This document shows positions 23,071-35,100 of a stretch of DNA of 64,000 nucleotides, one piece after another (position 1 is the first letter of the stretch; each line of letters opens with the position of its first letter). The DNA comes from Macrostomum lignano. Taxonomy: Eukaryota. A program made the position numbers and the translations under genes. The notes under the pieces were generated by a model, which was not told the DNA's origin, ran no database searches, and saw nothing but the letters and a program-made list of their open reading frames with translations. The stretch is taken from assembly GCA_002269645.1 (NCBI GenBank), contig NIVC01000606.1, positions 248,001-312,000 of the forward strand. Direction: 5' to 3'.

Positions 23071-23681
23071 TCAGTACTCCACTTCGTCGGTTTCGCGGCC
23101 AAATCGGAACGGCATGTGCACCGTGTCGTCGCGTTTGCCCCATCGGAACACATTGGCTCGCTTGCCCCATCGGAACACGTTGGCTCGCTTGCCCCAGCGA
23201 AAGACATTCGGAGCCCGCTTGCTCTCTGGCCAGTAGTAATAGACCTCTTCAGTTGATGGCGCCGGATACTCGCTCATCAGGATCCTGCCAGGCGCCATCC
23301 GTTTGCCGCGCTTCAATTCCAAAGCCTGAGAGTCCTCACCTGCGGGTTTTGTATCGAATAAAGATAATGAAGGAAGTGCCGTCTTGCGTCCGTCATCTTT
23401 GCTGATTTCATTTCAGCCGATTTCCTTAATTAGCAAAAATGGTTCCAGCATCCTAGAGTTGCATCCGCGATGCCGAAAATCAATTATGGAAAATATTTCG
23501 GGGCCTAGTTGCTGCTAGTGCTGGTTGACAGCCTAAGACTTTCAAATTTCAACTGTTGCTTTGATCGAAGACAGAGTGCAAGTTTCGCATATTCACCATT
23601 TGCAACGCGCGCGCTCGTTTGCGTAACCATCAGAAAGGCCAAGGCCAGGCCGCAGACCAGCATTGCTGTGTTTAGAAACAT
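23071..23681 (-). CDS. Neuropeptide precursor, 117 aa: APNVFRWamide, 2x ANVFRWamide, DDTVHMPFRFamide
   Basis: Exon 1 is 23681-23597 (signal peptide MFLNTAMLVCGLALAFLMVTQTSA; donor G|GTGAAT). Exon 2 is 23339-23071 (acceptor CCCGCAG). They join in frame (354 nt). Repeated peptides are each followed by amidation Gly plus KR or R: KR-APNVFRW-GKR-ANVFRW-GKR-ANVFRW-GKR-DDTVHMPFRF-GR. Confidence 0.9.
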
Positions 23682-24620
23682 TTCCAATCAGACTGTTGGC
23701 CAAATACTGCAGGAATGAAACGGTGCGGGATTTACATCGCATGGGCTTACAAATAGCTGCGATGTTCGTTACAAACTGCAGAGAAATCTTCACTTACCAA
23801 TTTAAGTTAGAAGGGCTACTTAACTCTGAGCAAATGAGTCAACTGCTGGTTGTAGACTGTCTGTTACTCAGTGGTGTGCTCATTCTTGATGGAGAGAATC
23901 TTTGCTTAAATAGGCTCCGAGTGCGATGAACCAGCTACTTGCTATTCGAATCCCCTGCAAAAAAACGCGATACAACAACATTGTAGCTGATTGGCTAGTT
24001 AAAAACATCATTTTGGGGGCGGACTTGAGCACCAAAAATGTATCTTGCCGCTCACTAGCTGGACAGTTTGCCTCTGCAAAATAGTCCATTTATGGAATCA
24101 ATAACAAAGTGACGACTTTTATTGCCGTACATGTGAAAGAAAAAACACCGTCGTGTCGTCGAGGATAAGAATCTGTGTCAACAGATGAATTGCAACGACA
24201 TGCGCATACATGTACACAATGAATGCCCTTCCATGTATGCATACATGTATACATATATATATGCCCTTCCACTTGACGCCCTGCGATTTATGCTATATAA
24301 TTTGACTATTGCGAAATAACCTTTTCAAAGAAAGCACATTTTATTTAAAAAACAGAAAAGATTATCGGTAGGTATCTATCTTCTAGGTATCCCTAATACT
24401 ATTTGGGCTATTCCAATATGATATAAGCATCCAACACTCGCAGACTTAATAATCTACGCAAAATTGATCGTAACAACCAAACCGATGTTATCGACAGTCG
24501 ACGTCTCCTCATTGTTTAGCAATTTGACGATCGTTGTTCGCACATTTTTAATGCAGAACAATCCATTACTACAGACAATGCATTGTCTGTAGGATCGTCA
24601 AACAGAAAAACAATGCAAAG

Positions 24621-24715
24621 AATCAGCGGTCGCAGTGCGTGACAACGATTGTCTGTGGCTCGCGCCTACGGGGCGCTCGCCAGACAATCGTTGTCACGCA
24701 CTGGGACCGCTGATT
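24621..24715. repeat. Near-perfect 35-bp inverted repeat with a 25-nt spacer
   Basis: AATCAGCGGTCGCAGTGCGTGACAACGATTGTCTG (24621-24655) pairs with CAGACAATCGTTGTCACGCACTGGGACCGCTGATT (24681-24715) with one mismatch. Confidence 0.95.
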
Positions 24716-26117
24716 ATTTATCCATTGCTGTTTGATATGACAGTAAATGTTAAGACATACAAAATATAGATTTTTAAGATTGGCTAAGGTTGCCATGCAA
24801 TTAGAGTGATGATGGCTCTGATTAATAATGATGAATTTGTATAGATGCATGTACACTGTAGCTACTGTGAACGTTTCTGTGAACGACGACAGCAATGTCG
24901 AAATGAGCTGAACTTTCAGTTACAACTCCTTGCACAGCTCCTCTTGAACGGTAAAACTGCAGAACGAGTTTGATATGCTGAGCGAAATTGCATTGATTTG
25001 GCACCGACAAAAATAGCAACAGAATTTAATGCCGTATCACGAACTTCTCAAGACACAACATTACGCTGAAACTACCTGGACATGAAGCGTTACGTTACGG
25101 TCTCAAGCAACCTACCGACTAAGCACGTCCAGCCTGAAATTGAATGTGCGCGCTTGATAAATACATGGAATCGTATCATTCAGATCAGTATAAGCAAGTG
25201 GTACGTACGTATAGGCACGTGGAATACCAACCAGGCTAAATACACTGTATGAGTAGTAACTTGAAATGGCCTGACTACATGTACATAAAGCTACGCTCGT
25301 ATACTAACATATGACAACGTTGTATAACATGTATTGTATTTTAATCAATGCAGGTAGCGAAACCTATTCAATATAAATCAGAGTTTTTTATAAATGAGTT
25401 TTCTCTGCTAGTTTATCTTCGCTTTAATCTTTCCTGCATTGAAATGGCATGCAATACATTGTATGCATTATAGTGGCATAATATACGCTCGTGTTTATAA
25501 GTTGTGTTTTAAAGTGGTCTTTACAAACTTTGCAAACATGCAATTGTGTCTTTAAGAATAAGAATTTGGCGCGAGATTTCAACGCTACGTTTTGCCCTAC
25601 ATTTTGTCAGCACAACACTAGCCCAACGTCAGAAAATAAAACTTTGAGCGCGCCTAGTACGTAGCAAAAAGCAGAGTTTTTAATAAACTGAAGAATTATT
25701 TCTGACGCAAGCTAATCTCATCAATATTTATCGATTTTATACATTTTAGCGTATTTAATTTAAAAACTGTCTCGGCTGACTTTGGACTGGTGAAATTCTG
25801 GTTTCTAATATTGCATTTCCCGCTAAGTTTTTGTGACGACCCAAATCCGGATACTTAAGGTTTTAAAGTAAATCAAATCAATAATTTTAAATTGTAACTA
25901 TCTAAATATGAGTGCATTTAAAGCTAGTTTTAATGTTTAAGTTTTAGTTCCTTTGTTAAATGTTTTCCGTGATCAAAGAAAAAACACGTTTCACTAGTAA
26001 TCAGTTTTCAGATTTAGCATAAAAATATCAGAGGCTTATTTTATTTTGTGAAAATTTGGAAGATTTGTGGATAGTGCTATTTTAATCGATAAGGTTGCAT
26101 AATAAGGGCTGCTCACA

Positions 26118-29100
26118 ATGGCATTTGAGCAACCAGCAACGGTTCCAAATGAATTCAACCAGCTTGATTCAGGTAATTGAATATGTAGTCAGTTTATTCA
26201 GTTGATTCATAAAGTTCACTTTACTCTTATATATTGGGAAAAAAGGAATTTTTGTATGACAGTATTTTTTAGATTATACGATAAATTGTCGATAGTGAAA
26301 ACAATAGGCCCATGGAAAAAAAGTTTTTTTTATTTAGAATAATAATTAGAAATGATTGGTGCCACAAGAATTCAATTAATACATGACTGAATAATACTCA
26401 ATTAATTACTCCCGAGTTCTGAACAGTAGTTCTAGTTGCTCACTTACATCATTTGTAAATTCGAGTGTTTTTACACAGATGTCTGTGTGTGTTACAAGTT
26501 AACGTTAAAAATATTTATCACGCTACATGCAATTATTGCTAAAGTTAATGTTAAACTAAAAGCCAATAACTTTATTGAATGATCTATTGTAAATATAGCA
26601 ATATAAGCTTCCATAATCTTTCTTTAGTATAGTATTTTAACGCATATCAGAACAAAGAAATAATATGACATGTGCATTAATTTTTTTATTTTAGAAAGCA
26701 ATAATTACACCTATTAAACATTGTTTTTTACAGTATTTTTTGTTTCCATACGAATTTTATCAAAATTTTCAGTTTTTAAAAAATGTAAAAAATGTTTTTT
26801 ATTTAATTTAGACTGGCTATGCTTAATTTATATTCTGATACAATAAGTAAGCAATATTTCAACTAATACAAGCATGTGACATGTCTGCTGTGTAATTGTT
26901 AGTGAACATTAGCATTAAAATTAGCATCATAAAAAGCATATCTAGTAGATAGATACATTTTTTGTGAATTTTGGATTTAGTTCACAAAAAAAATTTATTA
27001 ATTCTAAATTTTTATGAGTTGAATTCATATAAGAGGCTTGTTAAATTCCCTTCAACAACGCCCCACAGGCAACAGCGACGAGGAGGCCAACGAGGAGGGC
27101 GTGGTTGGCAACGTTAGCAAATTCTGCGTCACGCCCCCCAGCTACACGGGCAAGCCGAAGAAGGGCCACCTGGTGTTCGACGCCTGCTTCGAGGGCGGCA
27201 ACCTGGGCCGGGTGGACTTCATCAGCGAGTTCGAGTACGACTTGTTCATCCGGCCGGACACTTGCAACCAGCGCTACCGGGTCTGGTTCCACTTCTCCGT
27301 GGAGAATGTCAAAGCCGACCAGGTTGGTGCTTGGCTATACACCAACATCACTACTTTATGTTGATTCATTCAGATATTGAGTCTGGAGAACATGTCAGTT
27401 AATACCGGTTACTGCCATTTATACCATAGCTACAGGAATCCTCTCCTAATACTAAAGTTGGTGCGATGATTGTTTGTTTGTTTGTCTGTTTGTTTGTGTG
27501 TTGCATAACTCCTCCTAGAATACTTGCAAGTCAGCGTTGAAACTTATATGGGGAAACTGCAAATTTTCCGGGGACTGCAGTGGGCTATTTCAATTTTTTA
27601 TTTTCACATTTTAAGATCCCTAAAAAAGCAGAAAACTGATTTCCTAACCTTCTCTGGACACTTTTTCTGCTCGGAGCCGAAAATTTGCATGATTTTGAGC
27701 GATTGCGCCACAACTTTTTCCTATCTCTGTAGTGTATTTTCTCGCCAGTGGGGTTGGTCGCATTCTCAGTGGCAGCGTGTGTACAAGCGGACCCCGGCTG
27801 AAAAATTGAACTGTGTGTATTTCGTGGGGTGGTGGGTAAGTAAGCGCAATTATATGGCTATTGTGCTGAGATTCAATTGGTTTTATTATCAGCGCCTTTC
27901 AATTGACTGCCCTGTGCATTGGTTAGACAGTGAAATTCAATGAATAAACTTGCGGGCCTCTTTAGCAGGCAGTGAACGTATGAACGTACACTCAATATTG
28001 CAATGCTATAAATCGGCAAATTTCAAACTCAGACTGTTGCTGGAGTTTTTAACTTTGAGAGGAGAGACTTATATTGCTGGAAAGAACTTGCAACGCTGAG
28101 TTCGGGGATATAAATTGTTTGCTTTAAATATGAAAACTAAATGCTCTGCATTGGAAAAACTATTTCCATACTTTTAACTTATTGCAAAGATTGTACTCAT
28201 TTTAGGAGTTCAATGGTGTTCGACTGACCCCCCAACAGTTGGGGGGGGGGGGTTCAATTTCTAATTGCCACTGCGTATTGGAAGGGGGTCGGTCGCTGTG
28301 TATTGGATGGAGGGTTGATTTAGATTGCGCAATATTTTTGTTAACTTTAACTGAGACTGATACTGACTGACTTAGAAATACGAGCGTAAATTGCGCAATC
28401 TTTTGATTCAATTATCTCATTTTTTATCGGACCTTTTCAACACGCAGCTCTGTGCAGCTCCAACCCTAACCCTAACCCTAACCACTGAATCCTGAGAGTT
28501 TAGTTGTTTGACGGAGAAACTTTCGATTGAGTCCAGTTTCACGGAGAGGATTTCTGTTTCGCGGAGAGGATTTCGATCGTGTTCAGTTTCTCAGAGAGGA
28601 TTTTGATGGATTTGGAGAACAGTTAGATAATGGGATTCGGGTCTTGGGATTCAGCTGATGGAGTTCAGGGAATGGAATTCCGGTGATGGGAGTTCTTCCC
28701 CTTTCTCCTCCATCGGAGGAGTTGGCCTCGTATATACTAAAAATGGTCTGTCTGTGTCTATGTGATCGATTAGAGAAAAAATGGCTGGACCGATTTTGTT
28801 CGAACTTGCACTGTTCGATCAGAAATTTTCCCGTGACGGTACATGCATCGTGGCTAAGAAATTGCTCGATGCTAAAGGCATTAAATATTCGAAAAACATG
28901 CTTTTTTGCAAAGGTCAAGCAAACTTTTCGACTTGAAATGCATTGTAAGAATGCTAGAGAAAAAACTGACTGGTTGAATTCTGATTCTGAAATAGATTGC
29001 ATCATAACTGAATTGTAACTCCGACTTGAATTGAAAATGCAGTGTGGAAGCGGACACCAGACTTGATTTAAATTGCGTAACCATATTGTTAACTGATACC

Positions 29101-32100
29101 GACTGACTGAAAAACTGATTATGTCATAACTGCTTCGTGTAATTTACTCTATGCTTGGATTTTAAACTGTTGAATTATATATATATATAAGTGCAAAATT
29201 TGATGTTATCAAAACGATAAGAGCTAGCCTAGAGGTGAACAAACTGAACTGCTAAATGCAGCGACGATGGTTCATATTTTCATAGAGTGGAATTTTTTTA
29301 ATTAAAGCTTTTCAACGTCAGGAAAACTAAAAGACTTTAAAAAAAAGCGTCATATAAAAATCATAGATGCGTCATTTAAAAAATCATAGAAGCGTCATGT
29401 AAACAATCATAGAAGCGTCATGTAAAAAATCGTAGAAGCGTCATATAAAAATCGTAGAAGCGTCATTTAAAAAATCATAGAAGCGTCATGTAAAAAATCA
29501 TAGAAGCGTCATGTAAAAAAATCATAGAAGCGTCATGTAAACAATCGTAGAAGCGTCATATAAAAATCATAGAAGCGTCATGTAAAAAATCGTAGAAGCG
29601 TCATGTAAAAAATCGTAGAAGCGTCATATAAAAATCGTAGAAGCGTCATGTAAACAATGATAGAAGCGTCATGTAAAAAATCATAGAAGCGTCATTGAAA
29701 AATCATAGAAGCGTCTTTTAAAAAATCATAGAAGCGTCATATAAAATCGTAGAAGCGTCATGTAAACAATCATAGAAGCGTCATGTAAACAATCATAGAA
29801 GCGTCATGTAAAAAATCATAAAAGCGTCATGTAAAAATCATAGTAGCGTCATGTAAAAATCATAGAAGCGTCATGTAAAAAATCGTAGAAGCGTCATGTA
29901 AAAAATCGTAGAAGCGTCATATAAAAATCATAGAAGCGTCATATAAAAATCATAGAAGCGTTATGTAAACAATCATAGAAGCGTCATGTAAACAATCATA
30001 GAAGCGTCATGTAAACAATCATAGAAGCGTCATGTAAACAATCATAGAAGCGTCATGTAAACAATCATAGAAGCGTCATGTAAACAATCATAGAAGCGTC
30101 ATGTAAACAATCATAGAAGCGTCATGTAAACAATCATAGAAGCGTCATGTAAACAATTATAGAAGTGTCATGTGAACAATCATAGAAGCGCCATGTAAAA
30201 AATCATAGAAGCGTCATGTAAACAATCATAGAAGCGTCATGTAAACAATCATAGAAGTGTCATGTGAACAATCATAGAAGCGTCATGTAAACAATCATAG
30301 AAGCGTCATGTAAAAAATCATAGAAGCGTCATTGAAAAATCATAGAAGCGTCTTTTAAAAAATCATAGAAGCGTCATATAAAATCGTAGAAGCGTCATGT
30401 AAACAATCATAGAAGCGTCATGTAAACAATCATAGAAGCGTCATGTAAAAAATCATAAAAGCGTCATGTAAAAATCATAGTAGCGTCATGTAAAAATCAT
30501 AGAAGCGTCATGTAAACAATCATAGAAGCGTCATGTAAACAATCATAGAAGCGTCATGTAAACAATCATACAAGCGTCATATAAACAATCATAGAAGCGT
30601 CATGTAAAAAATCATAAAAGCGTCATGTAAAAATCATAGTAGCGTCATGTAAAAATCATAGAAGCGTCATGTAAAAAATCGTAGAAGCGTCATATAAAAA
30701 TCGTAGAAGCGTCATATAAAAATCATAGAAGCGTCATATAAAAATCATAGAAGCGTCATGTAAACAATCATAGAAGCGTCATGTAAACAATCATAGAAGC
30801 GTCATGTAAACAATCATAGAAGCGTCATGTAAACAATCATACAAGCGTCATATAAACAATCATAGAAGCGTCATGTAAACAATCATAAAAGCGTAATGAA
30901 ACAATCATAGAAGTGTCATGTAAACAATCATAGAAGCGTCATGAAACAATCATAGAAGCGTCATGTAAAAAATCATAGAAACGTCATGTAAAAATCATAG
31001 AAGCGTCATGTAAAATCATAGAAGCGTCATGTAAAATCATATAATCGTCCTGCAAAAACTCGTAGAAGCGTCATGTAAAAAATCATAGTAGCGTCATGTA
31101 AAAAATCATAGAAGCGTCATGTAAAAATCGTAGAAGCTTCATGTAATAATCATAGAAGCGTTATGTAAAAATGATAGAAGCGTCATATAAACAATCATAG
31201 AAGCGTCATGTAAACAGTCATAGAAGCGTCATGAAACAATCATAGAAGCGTCATGTAAAAATCATACAAGCGTCATATAAACAATCATAGAAGCGTCATG
31301 TAAACAATCATAAAAGCGTCATGAAACAATCATAGAAGCGTCATGTAAAAATCATAGTAGCGTCATGTAAAAATCATAGTAGCGTCATGTAAAAAATCAT
31401 AAAAGCGTCATGTAAAAATCATAGAAGCGTTATGTAAAAATGATAGAAGCGTCATATAAAAAATCATAGAAGCGTCATGTAAACAATCATAGAAGCGTCA
31501 TGTAAAAATCATAGAAGCGTCATGTAAACAGTCATAGAAGCGTCATGAAACAATCATAGAAGTGTCATGTAAACAATCATAGAAGCGTCATGTAAACAAT
31601 CATAGAAGCGTCATGTAAAAATCATAGTAGCGTCATGTAAAAAATCATAAAAGCGTCATGTAAAAATCATAGAAGCGTTATGTAAAAATGATAGAAGCGT
31701 CATATAAAAAATCATAGAAGCGTCATGTAAACAATCATAGAAGCGTCATGTAAAAATCATAAAAGCGTCATGTAAACAGTCATAGAAGCGTCATGAAACA
31801 ATCATAGAAGCGTCATGTAAAAATCATAGAAGCGTCATGTAAATCATAGAATCGTCCTGCAAAAATCGTAGAAGCGTCATATAAAAATCATAGAAGCGTC
31901 ATGTAAACAGTCATAGAAGCGTCATGAAACAATCATAGAAGCGTCATGTAAAAATCATAGAAGCGTCATGTAAACAATCATAGAATCGTCCTGCAAAAAT
32001 CGTAGAAGCGTCATATAAAAATCATAGAAGCGTCATGTAAACAATCATAGAAGCGTCATGAAACAATCATAGAAGCGTCATGTAAAAATCATAGAAGCGT

Positions 32101-35100
32101 CATGTAAACAATCCTAGAAGCGTCATGTAAACAATCATAGAAGCGTCATGTAAAAATCATAGTAGCGTCATGTAAAAAATCATAAAAGCGTCATGTAAAA
32201 ATCATAGAAGCGTTATGTAAAAATGATAGAAGCGTCATATAAAAAATCATAGAAGCGTCATGTAAACAATCATAGAAGCGTCATGTAAACAATCATAGAA
32301 GCGTCATGTAAACAGTCATAGAAGCGTCATGTAAAATATCATAGAAGCGTCATATAAAAATCATAGAAGCCTCCTTTAAAAACTAATGAAAGTGTCATTT
32401 AAAAAATTAAGAAGCATCATGGTAGAATAAAAGAAGCGTCATGTCAGACATGAAAGGTGTCATGTAAAAATTAAATGAAGCTATAGTGCTGTGCTAGGGA
32501 GAAAAACTGAGACGTCAAGGCTCACAGAGAATAACTGAGATTATGGGGCCGTTTCTGAGATGTCAAAGCAACAGTCAGAAGCTACTTCAAAGTTCATTTA
32601 CTTTACTCAATTTTTTTATTACATTCTTTGTTGGCTCGCCACGGGGGGGGCGCTGATAGAAGAAGAGTCATGTAAAAAATAAAAGTAGCACTATGTATAC
32701 ATAAAAGAAAAGTCATGTCGAAGTTAAAAGATTCATTTGGGAATTGCTACGATGTCAAAGCGAGGGAATCGTTATAGTGCTGTGATTCTTAAAGAAGAAA
32801 TCACTAAAATGTCAAGGCTTAGGGGAGAAGAATTGCTGAGATTCAAGGCTTTAGGTTGGGTTAAAGTTAGGTTTAGGTCAGGTGTGGGTTGAGGGTTATA
32901 TTTTATCGGGTTTCAAGGTTAACGGGGGATTTTTCAGATTTCAAGGTTTATGGAGGCCATCGCTGACATGTCAAGGCTTACGGGGGGGGGGGATAGCTGA
33001 CATGTCAAGGCTCACGGGGGTATAAATGAGATTTCAAAGCTAAAGTCAGAAGCTACATGTAGTTTATTGAAAACTTTTTATTACATTATTTGATGCCTCC
33101 TCAGGGGAGGGATCGCTGATAAAAAAAGCGTAATGTAAAAAATAAAAGAAGCTTCATGTCGAAGTTAAGAGATTCATTTGGGAATCCATTGCATTGCTGA
33201 GATGTCAAGGGGGGGAGTTGATATGTTAAAGCTTGTGGGGGGATTACTGACATGTCAAGGCTTACAAGGTTTGACAGGAGATTTTTTAAGATTTCAAGGA
33301 TACATGTAGCTTATTAAAAAAACGTGTATTGCATTTCTTTGGCTCCCCAACGGGGGGCGTAGATTGCTAGTAAATATGCTAATGATGTATAGCAATGTAA
33401 AATGATACTATTTTGTAATTTTTGTTTTAATTTAGTAGATTGGATATCTGTTTCAGAGACTCGTAGCCAGAATTTTACCAGGCACCAGGGGCTTTAGCAC
33501 CAGCGGCTTTAGCACCAGCGGCTTTAGCACCAGCGGCTTTAGCACCAGCTGCTTTAGCACCAGCGGCTTTAGCACCAGCGGCTTTAGCACCAGCGGCTTT
33601 AGCACCAGCGGCTTTAGCACCAGGGGCATTAGCACCAGGGGCATTAGCACCAGGGGCATTAGCACCAAGGGCTTTAGCACCAGGGGGAATTAGCACCAGG
33701 GGCTTTAGCACCAGGGGGCTTTAGCACCAAGGGCATTAGCACCAGGGGCTTTAGCACCAGGGGGCTTTAGCACCAAGGGCATTAGCACCAGGGGGAATTA
33801 GCACCAGGGGCTTTAGCACCAGGGGCTTTAGCACCAGGGGGCTTTAGCACCAAGGGCTTTAACACCAGGGGGAATTAGCACCAGCGGCTTTAGCACCAGG
33901 GGCATTAGCACCAAGGGCTTTAGCACCAGGGGGAATTAGCACCAGGGGCTTTAGCACCAGGGGGCTTTAGCACCAAGGGCATTAGCACCAGGGGCTTTAG
34001 CACCAGGGGGCTTTAGCACCAAGGGCTTTAGCACCAGGGGGCTTTAGCACCAAGGGCTTTAGCACCAGGGGGAATTAGCACCAGGGGCTTTAGCACCAGG
34101 GGGCTTTAGCACCAAGGGCTTTAACACCAGGGGGAATTAGCACCAGGGGCTTTAGCACCAGGGGGCTTTAGCACCAAGGGCTTTAGCACCAGGGGGAATT
34201 AGCACCAGGGGCTTTAGCACCAGGGGCTTTAGCACCAAAGGCATTAGCACCAGGGGGAATTAGCACCAGGGGCTTTAGCACCAGGGGCATTAGCACCAAG
34301 GGCTTTAGCACCAGGGGGAATTAGCACCAGGGGCTTTAGCACCAGGGGGCTTTAGCACCAAGGGCATTAGCACCAGCGGCTTTAGCACCAGGGGGAATTA
34401 GCACCAGGGGCTTTAGCACCAGGGGGCTTTAGCACCAAGGGCTTTAACACCAGGGGGAATTAGCACCAGGGGCTTTAGCACCAGGGGGCTTTAGCACCAA
34501 AGGGCTTTAGCACCAGGGGGAATTAGCACCAGGGGCTTTAGCACCAGGGGCTTTAGCACCAGGGGGCTTTAGCACCAAGGGCTTTAGCACCAGGGGGAAT
34601 TAGCACCAGGGGCTTTAGCACCAGGGGGCTTTAGCACCAAGGGCATTAGCACCAGGGGCTTTAGCACCAGGGGGCTTTAGCACCAAAGGGCTTTAGCACC
34701 AGGGGGAATTAGCACCAGGGGCTTTAGCACCAGGGGGCTTTAGCACCAAGGGCTTTAGCACCAGGGGGAATTAGCACCAGGGGCTTTAGCACCAGGGGCT
34801 TTAGCACCAAGGGCTTTAACACCAGGGGGAATTAGCACCAGGGGCTTTAGCACCAGGGGGCTTTAGCACCAAAGGGCTTTAGCACCAGGGGGAATTAGCA
34901 CCAGGGGCTTTAGCACCAGGGGGCTTTAGCACCAAGGGCTTTAGCACCAGGGGGAATTAGCACCAGGGGCTTTAGCACCAGGGGCTTTAGCACCAAGGGC
35001 TTTAACACCAGGGGGAATTAGCACCAGGGGCTTTAGCACCAGGGGGCTTTAGCACCAAGGGCTTTAGCACCAGGGGGAATTAGCACCAGGGGCTTTAGCA

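Noticed and set aside
28462-28483. (CCCTAA)3 as evidence of a chromosome fusion or telomere healing
   Set aside because: Too short; such tracts are common inside AT-rich repeats.
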